Part shown: positions 48,804-58,302 of the stretch, piece after piece
Position numbering within the stretch: the stretch's first letter is position 1
How the letters are laid out: each line of letters begins with the position of its first letter
DNA from: an uncultured Ignavibacteriales bacterium
GTDB taxonomy: Bacteria; Bacteroidota; Ignavibacteria; Ignavibacteriales; Ignavibacteriaceae
Reading direction: 5' to 3'
Length of the DNA stretch: 64,000 nt
Assembly (NCBI GenBank): GCA_963834015.1
Contig: CAWIAG010000004.1
Span: forward strand, 1,749,926-1,813,925
Notes under the pieces: model-generated
What the model was told of the DNA's origin: nothing
Seen by the model: only the letters and a program-made list of their open reading frames with translations
Databases searched by the model: none
Made by a program: the position numbers and the translations under genes

Positions 48804-50741
48804 TTAAACCTCATTGAATACCGGTAGTGAAATAATAAATTCCGCACCATTACCTTTTTCACTCTTAAGCATTATCTCTCCATGCATTAACTCAACAAGT
48901 TTTTTTACAATTGATAATCCCAACCCTGTTGAAAAATCCCCGCCTACAGGCTGTGCTGAGAGCCGGGCAAACTTTTGGAATACTTTTGTTTTATCTTCTT
49001 CTGTAAAGCCGGGCCCCTCGTCTTTTATTCGTGTTTCAACCATCCTGCAATCTTCTGATAAGCCGATAGATATAAAAATATTTTTATTAACCGACGAAAA
49101 TTTTATTGCATTGGATAAAACGTTTTGAATTACCTGAAAAGTTAAATTGTTATCAGCAAAAACATCTTTCACATCATTATTATAGTTATCAATTATTGCC
49201 AGATTTTTTTGTGAAATATTTTCCAGGTTTTGTTTTTTAAGTTCCGTAATAAGAGGGATTAAAGAAACTTTTTCCGGTTTAATATTTATTTTACCCTGTT
49301 CAATCGTGTTAATATCCAGCAAATCTTTAATAATCAAAGACATCCGGTTCGAGGTTTTAATTATAGCGCTTAAAAATTCATTCTGCTGTTCCCCTGAAAT
49401 ATCTTCATCATGTTTTAACGTATCGGCAAAGGAACTTATGGCAAACAAAGGATTTTTTAAATCATGTGCGGCGATAGCTAAGAATTCATCCTTTTCTTCG
49501 TTTAACTCCAAAACCCTTTTATATGCTTTTTTTAATTCTAAATTTGATTCTTTCAACTCATTCGTCCTGTCTTCAACTTTTTTCTCTAAGTTTTTATTAT
49601 ACTCTTCCAATTGTTCTTTTTGATCTGCAATCTCCGCGAAATTCCTTTTCAACTGTTTACTCATCTTTGAAAGCGATTCATTTAATAATCCTATTGAATC
49701 CTTAGCTTTATAATCCACGCTTACATCAAAATTTCCGCTGCTAATGAGTGTGGACGCTTTCGCCATATTTATAATAGGGCGGCTGAGATGCTTTGAGAAA
49801 AGTATGGCAACAATAACAGACAGTATTACACTGATCCCTGCAAAAAATAAGAAAAAGAGAAGAGCCTGGTTAACAACCGCATAGGCAGAACTTTTGCTGA
49901 TAATTGAAACAACAACCCAGTTAACAGCTTCCGCCGGTGAGAAAGAGGAAACAAAATTACCAAGCTGCGGATCCGAATAATTATTTACCAAAGCAACTTT
50001 GTTTTTATTATTTACTAATGATTGTGCATCTGCTATTATTTGATCAGGCAGTTGCAATAAAAAATTATTAGTTAAAAATTTCTTGCCTGTAGCATCAGTT
50101 ACAAACAAGGTTCCGATCCTGTTTAATAAATGGTTTTCAAGATCGGAAACTATATCACGGAGGTCTAGCTGGCAGACCAAATATGACGATGAGGATTTAT
50201 TCAATTTAACGCCGGTAACTTCCCAGCAAATCCATGTTTCCAGAGCTTTATTATATACGGGAGTTGAGATAAAAGGAAGCTTGCGGTTTTTAATATCAAA
50301 AATACCGGGGTCAATTTTTTCCTGTGAACTGTCTACGGGAATAATTTCCCTGCCGCCTTTTTTAAGAAAATCCTTTCCTGTAAAAAATGCCTGGTTATAA
50401 CTACCGTTGTTATCCATAAAAAGCGAAATTGAAATAATATTATCTATTTTTCTTATATTTGAGATCATAAATTCTATTTTTTCGTTGGCAGAGATATCAG
50501 GATTCTCAATGGTACTTTTAATTAAGTCCTGAATTTCAAGAGATTTATTTATTTTAGAATTTATGCTTGAAGAAATTGCGTTGGATGAGAAAATTAATTT
50601 TTCATTTATATTACCTCTCAATTCATTTAAAATGAGGGAAGTAATACTGTAACTAATTAATAAGCCCGGCAGTATAGCCATCAATAGCATTAATATTCCC
50701 AGCTTTATCTGCCAGGGTATCCCATTTAATCGAATTGTCAC
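48804..50741 (-). CDS. Membrane sensor histidine kinase (periplasmic Cache-like domain, HAMP, HisKA, HATPase_c)
   Basis: Two TM segments flank a loop of about 260 aa. HAMP-like segment RPIINMAKASTLISSGNFD, H-box AAHDLKNPL, G2 box GLGLSIVKKLVELMHG. Its stop lies 3 nt from the next gene. Confidence 0.9.
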   Translation of the reverse strand: MTIRLNGIPWQIKLGILMLLMAILPGLLISYSITSLILNELRGNINEKLIFSSNAISSSINSKINKSLEIQDLIKSTIENPDISANEKIEFMISNIRKIDNIISISLFMDNNGSYNQAFFTGKDFLKKGGREIIPVDSSQEKIDPGIFDIKNRKLPFISTPVYNKALETWICWEVTGVKLNKSSSSYLVCQLDLRDIVSDLENHLLNRIGTLFVTDATGKKFLTNNFLLQLPDQIIADAQSLVNNKNKVALVNNYSDPQLGNFVSSFSPAEAVNWVVVSIISKSSAYAVVNQALLFFLFFAGISVILSVIVAILFSKHLSRPIINMAKASTLISSGNFDVSVDYKAKDSIGLLNESLSKMSKQLKRNFAEIADQKEQLEEYNKNLEKKVEDRTNELKESNLELKKAYKRVLELNEEKDEFLAIAAHDLKNPLFAISSFADTLKHDEDISGEQQNEFLSAIIKTSNRMSLIIKDLLDINTIEQGKINIKPEKVSLIPLITELKKQNLENISQKNLAIIDNYNNDVKDVFADNNLTFQVIQNVLSNAIKFSSVNKNIFISIGLSEDCRMVETRIKDEGPGFTEEDKTKVFQKFARLSAQPVGGDFSTGLGLSIVKKLVELMHGEIMLKSEKGNGAEFIISLPVFNEV

Positions 50742-50790
50742 TTTAAGTTTCTATAAAGTTGTAGATTCGATTTAAATATAACTTTTTTTT

Positions 50791-51438
50791 ATGATAAAAA
50801 TAATTGTTGTAGACGACCATCCGATGCTTCGCGCCGGGCTGGTTCAAACTATCAGCCGGGAGCCCGATCTTAAGGTCCTTGATGAATGCGGTAACGGGGA
50901 GGAACTGATCTCAAAAATAACCGGAAACGAGTATGACGTTGTAGTGCTGGACATTGACTTACCAGGGCGAAACGGGATTGAAATATTAAAAGAAGTAAAA
51001 AAGATAAATCCAAAGCTTTCCGTCCTAATTTTGAGCTCATTTCCTGAAGAAAGATATGGTGTGCGCGCCATCAAGGCAGGTGCAAATGCTTATCTTACAA
51101 AGGGGGACGATACAAAAATAATAGTTGAAACAATAAGAGGAATTAAAGGCAATAAAAGAAAAATATCACCTAAACTGGCTGAAATTCTTGCAAATGAATT
51201 AAATGACATATCGGATAAACTACCTCACGAACGATTATCGGACAGGGAACTTGAAGTGATGAGGCATATTGCGCTGGGGAAGTCTACAAGTGAAATCGCC
51301 GTTTTGCTCTCACTCAGTGTGAATACGGTAAACACATACCGTGCAAGGATATTAGAAAAGATGTGCTTTAGTTCAAATACGCAGATAGCTATTTATGCTT
51401 TGGAGAATGGGCTTCTTGACAAAGCTTCACGAAGCTGA
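50791..51438 (+). CDS. NarL/LuxR-type response regulator
   Basis: Receiver IIVVDDHPMLR...VVVLDIDLPGRNG plus LuxR HTH LSDRELEVMRHIALGKSTSEIAVLLSLSVNTVNTYRARILEKM. It is divergent from the kinase by 49 bp. Confidence 0.9.
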   Translation: MIKIIVVDDHPMLRAGLVQTISREPDLKVLDECGNGEELISKITGNEYDVVVLDIDLPGRNGIEILKEVKKINPKLSVLILSSFPEERYGVRAIKAGANAYLTKGDDTKIIVETIRGIKGNKRKISPKLAEILANELNDISDKLPHERLSDRELEVMRHIALGKSTSEIAVLLSLSVNTVNTYRARILEKMCFSSNTQIAIYALENGLLDKASRS

Positions 51439-51487
51439 GATTATAAATAAAACATTAGTTAAGCTACCTCTAAACAATAGAATATAT

Positions 51488-52420
51488 ATGAATAATAAAA
51501 AAATTACTTTCGCATTAGTTCTTGCATTGTTATTTGCCGGAACGGCTTTTTCTCAACAAAAGATATATGATGAACATGTTTTTGTTTATAAAGTTGTGCA
51601 GGGGGATGAAATAAAGGCAAATATATTTGTCCCCAAAACGGGGCGCAGGCATCCCGTATATATATACTTCCACGGAGGCGGATTTATATTCGGCAACCGG
51701 GATAACGGGCTGCCGGATGCATTGCGGGATAAACTGATTGAGCATGATTATGCTGTCGTATCCGCAGATTACAGGCTGGCGCCTGAAACAAAACTTGCCG
51801 GGATTACGGAAGACGTAAGGGATGTTGTAAACTGGATTAGAGAGAACGGCGCAAAGCAATTTCAAATTGATGAAAATAAAATTGCAGTATCGGGAGGTTC
51901 GGCAGGGGGGTACCTTGCAATTACTGCGGGGTATAATGTAAATCCACCGGTGCAGGCAATAGTTGAAATATCGGCACCAACCGGGTTTACAAGTATGAGT
52001 ACACAAATGGGCGATACATCAATCCTGAAGCAGCCTGGCCCTTATGATATTGTTAAGGACCCGATAGTTTCATACGGTGATTATTCCACCAGGGTGGATT
52101 TGTGGCGGTTCCTTTCGAAAAACAGATTAGGGCTTTATGAAATTTTTGGTTTTGATGTAACGCAAGACAGCGTCCGCCTTCAAAATTACACTCTCTCCAA
52201 TCATATTAAAAAAGGATATCCACCAACGCTCATTGTGCATGCTAAAAATGATCATCTTGTAGATTTTTTGCAGGCGGAAAAATTTTATAATTTACTTCAG
52301 GAGAAGGGAGTTGAATCGGAATTGTTCACAGTAGAGAACGGGCATTCCGAGGAAGTAATAAATAATTATCCTGAAGTTGTGGATAAAATTATTAAATTTT
52401 TGGATGCACGTTTGAGATAG
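51488..52420 (+). CDS. Secreted alpha/beta-hydrolase (esterase/lipase, HGGG class)
   Basis: Oxyanion motif FHGGGF and nucleophile elbow GGSAGG. I moved the start to ATG 51488 (MNNKKITFALVLALLFAGTAFSQ); the track start is 51395. Confidence 0.8.
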   Translation: MNNKKITFALVLALLFAGTAFSQQKIYDEHVFVYKVVQGDEIKANIFVPKTGRRHPVYIYFHGGGFIFGNRDNGLPDALRDKLIEHDYAVVSADYRLAPETKLAGITEDVRDVVNWIRENGAKQFQIDENKIAVSGGSAGGYLAITAGYNVNPPVQAIVEISAPTGFTSMSTQMGDTSILKQPGPYDIVKDPIVSYGDYSTRVDLWRFLSKNRLGLYEIFGFDVTQDSVRLQNYTLSNHIKKGYPPTLIVHAKNDHLVDFLQAEKFYNLLQEKGVESELFTVENGHSEEVINNYPEVVDKIIKFLDARLR

Positions 52421-52769
52421 AATTATTATTAATTTAACAATTATTAGCTTGCTTTTTGCAGTCAATATTGTTTAATTTTGTCCTGATATTGGGAAATGGA
52501 GTTTAAGTTTCAGGATTAAGTGTTCTTCAGGGTTAATTTATTAAGGGTGCAGGGAACATGAATGAAAATTCCAACATAAAGGGAAAATTATTTTTACCGA
52601 TAATTACTTATCTCAAAGATTTTGTTTCCGTTAGTGAAGTCATAACCTATATGAATTTTAATACAATATGCTATAATTAAATAGTAGTATGTCTGAACCT
52701 ATGTTAAAAAATAAAATTGCTATGGTGGATTGTAAATAAAGAGTAAATTAATTCAAAAAGGAGAGTACA

Positions 52770-55700
52770 ATGATTCGATCTATAGTACTGAGTTTTTTGT
52801 TTTGCAGTTTACTTCTTGCTTCATCCGGGGTTAAAGAGAGGCGTTATGCACCCGGCGAAATTATTATTAAATATGAAAAGGTAGGGCAAAGAGCAAGGGG
52901 GTCAGAGATAATAACCCAGCATAAAAGCTTTGTTGATAATTTAGAACTAAACATGAAGGGTTTAAAAATAAAAAGTTACTCTCCTGTTTTCAAAAGTTTA
53001 ATTAGGGAAATGACTGACAAAAATCTTACCGAGCAGGAGGTAGTTGAGAATAAAGCTGTTACCAAAAAAAATAAAACATCATCATCTTTTATTAAAAAAA
53101 TAACTTTCTCAAATATCCTTTTACTCAAAATTGATTCAGTAGCAGATATCTTAGAGTTAGCTTCAACTCTAAATAATAACCGAGATTTATTGGCCTCAGA
53201 GGGAATGAGAATTGTTTACGCCGAACCGAATTATTTAAAAAAGACAAGTGTAAACCCGAATGATCCTTTGTATCCTCTGCAATGGTCCTATCGAATAACT
53301 GATGTAGCTAATGCCTGGGATACTACGGAGGGAAGTCCTAATATTAAGATTGCAATTGTTGATACAGGAGTTGATCCAACACATCCGGATTTAATTGCAA
53401 ATCTTATTCAGGGCTATAATTTTGTTAATATCGATACAGACTACTACAAACAAGATTCTAATATAACCTTACTTCCGGGAGAAATTTATACGCAACCCGG
53501 ACCTAATTGTACCGACTATAATGGTCATGGGACTCACTGTGCAGGTATTGCTGCGGCAGCCGGAAATAATGGAATCGGAATTATCGGTGTAGCTCCAAAT
53601 TGTAAGATTATGCCTGTTAGAGCTGGTTTTAGTCTTATGGTTGATGGACAGGAGGAAGGTGTTCTTGAAACTACTTCTATCGTGGAAGGAATTAATTATG
53701 CAGTGGATAATGGTGCAAATGTAATTAGTATGAGTTTTGGTGGCGATAGTTCGAACCTTGAAGAAGAAGCTATTCAGAATGCTTATTACAACAATGTAGT
53801 CTTAGTTGCTGCTGCAGGGAACAACAGTTCATCTGAAAAGTTTTATCCGGCTGGATACAGTGAAGTATTAGCAATAACATCAGTAGATTCAACCAGGTCC
53901 GCTTCTTCATTTACTGAATATGGATATTGGACGTCTGTTGCAGCACCTGGAGAAAATATAATTTCAACTGTACCGTTAACTGGAGGTATCCTTACCGATC
54001 CATCCGGTTATAAGGTATTATCCGGAACTTCAATGGCGTCTCCTTTCGTTGCCGGTGAAGTTGCATTAATTTTATCGCACAATCCTTCTTTATCCAATAA
54101 TCTAATATATCAAATAGTCAGAACTGCAGTTAGTTCGTACTATGCGAGTAATAATTATATAGGTACCGGAATCGTTGATGTAGATAAAGCTTTTATAGGA
54201 ACCGGAGCTTGTATAGCAAAAATTACTGTTCCGTATAATATAAACAATCTGTATATATCCAAGGGAAATATAAGTATTTCCGGAAGAGCATCAGGGTTAT
54301 TATTCCGTAATTATTATTTGCAATACTCAGATTATCAAAATTCAACTGCGATCTGGCAGTCCGCAGGACAAATTTATACTACTCAGGTTGATAGCGGTTA
54401 CCTTGGAACTGTTAGTATAGCACAACCGGGGGTTTATTATATAAGGCTGGTAGTTACAAGCACTAACAATATACAGTATACAGATATAATCGGACCTGTT
54501 ACAGTTGATAACAGATTGAAATCCAATTGGCCGGTTTCAACAGGATCTCCCATCGGTTCTACGCCGGTACTTTCGGATATCTATGGGGACGGGAATGTTG
54601 AGGTAATATTTACAAGTTCAAACGGTGAAATCTATGTTGTAGATCAGAATGGCAATAATAAACCTGGCTGGCCTGTAACATTACCTAATTCCAGTTCTAA
54701 ATCCCAAGTTGGTTATACAAGCCCGGCAGTTGGGGATCTGGACAATGACGGTAAAAAAGAAATAGCAGTGAGAGACGGTCAGTTTATTTATGTATATAAA
54801 AATGATGGTACCATGAGGAATGGATGGCCGGTATCTTTAGGTACAAATATATTTTCGGGAAATGCAATAGTAGGCTCACCCACTATTGCTGATATTAATA
54901 ATGATGGTTATAAAGAAATACTTGTAACATCTCTTAATGGTAAAATATTTGCATTCGATCGTAATGGTTACATTATTTCCGGCTGGCCGGTATCAGTACC
55001 GATTAATTCTGTATGGGCTACTTTGTATTCAACTCCAGTAGTATCAGATATAAAAGGTGATGGTAACGTTGAAATAATAATCCAATGCATTGATGAGTCT
55101 TCCGCTAATTCTATTGGCTACCTATATGTATTTGATAATTTTGGAAATGTTCTTCCCGGCTGGCCGCAAACAATAGGAGGGGGATCATGGACTTCCCCTA
55201 TAACTGCAGATATAAACAATGATGGGCAAAATGAAATAATTGCATCTTCATTTTTGCCGTCCGGTTCTTCATCAGGTTCAATAGGTCTTTACGTTTTTAA
55301 TCCGGCCGGCAGCTTACTAAAAGGATTCCCTGTGCAGTTGAATGATGTGTCCTTTGGATATTATAATATTAAAGCAGGGCTGTCAGCCGGAGATATAAAT
55401 AATGACGGTTATAAAGAAATTATCGTTGCAAGCAGCCAATTGAATTCACTATGGGCGGTTGACAGAAATGGTAAAGTACTCTGGAATTCACAACCAAGCG
55501 AGCCATGGGAGTATAATTTTGCGTCGGTTCCAATTATTGCGGATATCAATAATGACGGCAAACCTGAAATATTAGTTTCTAAATACAATAATACAAATCA
55601 AACCGGCAAAATTATTGTTGTTAATAACACCGGGCAAATAATGGAAAGTCTTTCTTGTGTTCTTCCGGAACAGATATGGGCTACTCCTTCTATTGGTGAT

Positions 55701-57404
55701 ATTGAAGGGAATGGCAATCTCGAATTAATTTGCGGGTCTATTCAGGGCAACGTTTTTTGTTGGGACCTGGGTGTACCATTTGATACTACCTTGATGATCT
55801 GGCCTACATATCAGCAAAACTATCAGAGAACCGGGAGTATTGATCTGCTCAAAACCATACCTGCAGTTACTCATTTAACAGAGCCGCCAAATAATGCAGT
55901 TATTCAACCCGGGGAAATTACTTTTTCCTGGAATCCTGTCCCGGGAGCTCTTAAATATAATTTCGAACTATCTGATTCAATTTCTTTTAATGATATTATT
56001 TTTCAGGATACCTCAATGTCAGCAGTATCCCTTATAGTTGATTCAGTCCAGAGCAGCAGTAAGGGATTAAAGGCAGGTCTGAAAAACACCAGGACTGTAA
56101 GTGCAATTAAAAAGTTAATCACGAATGATAAAAAAATTATAGATCCCAAAAAACATCTAACAGGATTGAATGATGGTGTAAGGTATTATTGGAGAGTAGC
56201 TTCATTAGATTTGATAGGATCAAGTCCTTTTTCGGCAATAAATTCATTTTCTACAATTTTAAATGCACCCGGAACACTTTATGCCCTGGCGCTTCCTTCA
56301 GAAAGAGTAGTATTAAACTGGTCCGGTACATCAAACAATAACACGGGATTTATAATACAAAGGAAACTTTCTACAGATACTATCTACACTGTAATTGATA
56401 CTGTTAAAACAGATACAATCAGTTTTACAGATACAACATTGACATCAATAAATACGTATAATTACAGAATAGAGGCATATAATCAAATAGAAACTTCTGC
56501 ATTCAGCAATGTAGTAACAATAGCAACCCTTCCGCCTTACCCAGCCGCACCTACATTAATAGCTCCAATAAACAATGCATCTATCCTTACAGGTAGTTTA
56601 TATTTAAGCTGGATTAGTTCTGCGAATGCAAGCAGCTACCGGTTACAGGTCTCAACAGATTCGACATTTAAAACATTCTTTTTAAATGATTCGGTTCTTA
56701 CTACCACAACATTTCAGGTAACTAATCTGAGTGACGGCTTAAGATATTACTGGAGAGTAAATTCAAAAAATGTTACCGGAATAAGCATATATTCCGGGGT
56801 GAATTCATTTTCAACAATTTTAAATGCACCTCAAAATTTAAGTGCAATTGCAATGTGGGGTTACAAAGTATCACTTACCTGGATAGGCAAAAGCAATGAT
56901 GAATCTGGTTATATAATTGAACGCAAGCTTAGCAAGGATACTTCGTACACAATTATAGACTCATTAAAACTAAAGGTTACAAGTTTTACTGATTCATCGT
57001 TAACAGCAGTAAACACATATAATTATAGGATAACTGCATATAATGCTTTGGGTACTTCAGGATTCAGTAATGTTATAACTGTAAATACAATAACCTCGGT
57101 AGAAAATAAATCCCGTCAGATACCTGTGAACTATGAATTATCCCAAAACTTCCCCAACCCGTTTAATCCAATAACAGTAATAGAATATGGACTACCGGTA
57201 CAAAGCCGGGTAAAGATTGTAGTCTATAATATATTGGGAGAAGTTGTAAAAGAACTTGTAAATTCTGTTCAGAGTGCGGGATACCATTATATGGACTTTG
57301 GAGGGAACATGAGTTCAGGCGTATACTTCTATAAGATAGATGCAAAAGCCGTTAACAACTCAAGGCAGTTCATGCAAATTAAGAAAATGATGCTTTTAAA
57401 ATAA
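52770..57404 (+). CDS. S8 subtilisin-like protease, FG-GAP/VCBS-type propeller, duplicated Fn3-like module and T9SS C-terminal sorting domain (paralog 1, 1544 aa)
   Basis: Catalytic triad contexts VDTGVD, HGTHCAG and SGTSMASP. DINNDGYKEI-type repeats. C-terminus NFPNPFNPITVIEYGLPVQSRVKIVVYNILGE...GVYFYKIDAK. Confidence 0.9.
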   Translation: MIRSIVLSFLFCSLLLASSGVKERRYAPGEIIIKYEKVGQRARGSEIITQHKSFVDNLELNMKGLKIKSYSPVFKSLIREMTDKNLTEQEVVENKAVTKKNKTSSSFIKKITFSNILLLKIDSVADILELASTLNNNRDLLASEGMRIVYAEPNYLKKTSVNPNDPLYPLQWSYRITDVANAWDTTEGSPNIKIAIVDTGVDPTHPDLIANLIQGYNFVNIDTDYYKQDSNITLLPGEIYTQPGPNCTDYNGHGTHCAGIAAAAGNNGIGIIGVAPNCKIMPVRAGFSLMVDGQEEGVLETTSIVEGINYAVDNGANVISMSFGGDSSNLEEEAIQNAYYNNVVLVAAAGNNSSSEKFYPAGYSEVLAITSVDSTRSASSFTEYGYWTSVAAPGENIISTVPLTGGILTDPSGYKVLSGTSMASPFVAGEVALILSHNPSLSNNLIYQIVRTAVSSYYASNNYIGTGIVDVDKAFIGTGACIAKITVPYNINNLYISKGNISISGRASGLLFRNYYLQYSDYQNSTAIWQSAGQIYTTQVDSGYLGTVSIAQPGVYYIRLVVTSTNNIQYTDIIGPVTVDNRLKSNWPVSTGSPIGSTPVLSDIYGDGNVEVIFTSSNGEIYVVDQNGNNKPGWPVTLPNSSSKSQVGYTSPAVGDLDNDGKKEIAVRDGQFIYVYKNDGTMRNGWPVSLGTNIFSGNAIVGSPTIADINNDGYKEILVTSLNGKIFAFDRNGYIISGWPVSVPINSVWATLYSTPVVSDIKGDGNVEIIIQCIDESSANSIGYLYVFDNFGNVLPGWPQTIGGGSWTSPITADINNDGQNEIIASSFLPSGSSSGSIGLYVFNPAGSLLKGFPVQLNDVSFGYYNIKAGLSAGDINNDGYKEIIVASSQLNSLWAVDRNGKVLWNSQPSEPWEYNFASVPIIADINNDGKPEILVSKYNNTNQTGKIIVVNNTGQIMESLSCVLPEQIWATPSIGDIEGNGNLELICGSIQGNVFCWDLGVPFDTTLMIWPTYQQNYQRTGSIDLLKTIPAVTHLTEPPNNAVIQPGEITFSWNPVPGALKYNFELSDSISFNDIIFQDTSMSAVSLIVDSVQSSSKGLKAGLKNTRTVSAIKKLITNDKKIIDPKKHLTGLNDGVRYYWRVASLDLIGSSPFSAINSFSTILNAPGTLYALALPSERVVLNWSGTSNNNTGFIIQRKLSTDTIYTVIDTVKTDTISFTDTTLTSINTYNYRIEAYNQIETSAFSNVVTIATLPPYPAAPTLIAPINNASILTGSLYLSWISSANASSYRLQVSTDSTFKTFFLNDSVLTTTTFQVTNLSDGLRYYWRVNSKNVTGISIYSGVNSFSTILNAPQNLSAIAMWGYKVSLTWIGKSNDESGYIIERKLSKDTSYTIIDSLKLKVTSFTDSSLTAVNTYNYRITAYNALGTSGFSNVITVNTITSVENKSRQIPVNYELSQNFPNPFNPITVIEYGLPVQSRVKIVVYNILGEVVKELVNSVQSAGYHYMDFGGNMSSGVYFYKIDAKAVNNSRQFMQIKKMMLLK

Positions 57405-57459
57405 CGACAAATGTCGCCTCAGAAACAGTTAAATTTAGAAAGAACAACTGAGGTGACAA

Positions 57460-58302
57460 ATGGAAATAAGGAGGACGATATTAAATAGAAGGCAAACAAA
57501 AAGTTCGGAAGGAGAGTTCATCTATGAGTTAGAGAACTCGTATGAGCTCTCTCCGAAATTAAGTGAATCGATATTAGTAACAGCAAAAGAATGTTTGCTA
57601 AGAGACCACCAATTGAAAGAAGGCCAGATAGAAGTAACGGTAATAGAAATAGAACAGAAAGCAGGACAAGTAATAGAGAAGCTGGAAAAGAAGAAAGTAA
57701 GATTGACCATAGACAATGGAATTGAAGATATAGAAGTAATAAAAGGATATGGTCTGATATCACTACGGCAAATAAAAATAGAAAGGATAACCGAAGAAGC
57801 GATAGAACAAGGAGGAGTATTAAGCCAGGAAGATTTGGGAAAATATTTAGGATGTACGGTAAGGACAATCCAACGGGATATAAAGCAGATAAAGAAGAAA
57901 GGGATAGAAGTAGTAACAAGAGGATATCTACATAATATAGGCAGAGGTCAAACACATAAGGTAAAGATAATAGGGCTGTATTTAGACGGACAAACGTACA
58001 GCGAAATAAAGTTAAGTACAAAACACAGTGTGGGAGCTATAAAAAGATATTTAGGAAGCTTCGTAAAAGTATTGATGTCACAAAGCAGAGGGATATACGG
58101 GACAAAAGATATAAGCATAGTAACAGGGATAAGCGAGGTATTAGTAAAGCAATATGCAGAGTTGATAAGGGAAAGTAAGAAGGATAAGACAAGGAGAGAG
58201 AATTTAAAGCAATTGGTAGAGAGAAGCAGCTATAGGGAAGGGATAAAAAAAACAGTAAAGAGCTATTCAGAGCCTCTGGCAGCTATGATGGGAGGCTTAT
58301 AA
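57460..58302 (+). CDS. Multi-HTH protein A (280 aa), possibly DUF1670-like
   Basis: Three HTH-like segments: GGVLSQEDLGKYLGCTVRTIQRDIKQIKKKG, GQTYSEIKLSTKHSVGAIKRYLGSFVKV and KDISIVTGISEVLVKQYAELIRE. The SD gaggtg lies 4 nt upstream. The family name comes from memory only. Confidence 0.7.
   Translation: MEIRRTILNRRQTKSSEGEFIYELENSYELSPKLSESILVTAKECLLRDHQLKEGQIEVTVIEIEQKAGQVIEKLEKKKVRLTIDNGIEDIEVIKGYGLISLRQIKIERITEEAIEQGGVLSQEDLGKYLGCTVRTIQRDIKQIKKKGIEVVTRGYLHNIGRGQTHKVKIIGLYLDGQTYSEIKLSTKHSVGAIKRYLGSFVKVLMSQSRGIYGTKDISIVTGISEVLVKQYAELIRESKKDKTRRENLKQLVERSSYREGIKKTVKSYSEPLAAMMGGL

Noticed and set aside
52568-52690. 40-aa ORF (MNENSNIKGKLFLPIITYLKDF...) upstream of protease paralog 1.
   Set aside because: There is no supporting signal. 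It overlaps the putative promoter region. I could see no equivalent ORF upstream of paralog 2.
57518-58021. 167-aa minus-strand ORF (Leu/Ser/Phe-rich) antisense to cassette ORF A; also 57522-57716.
   Set aside because: It is a shadow ORF. The complement of a strongly purine-rich coding strand is pyrimidine-rich and therefore nearly free of stop codons. The product is low-complexity with no RBS.
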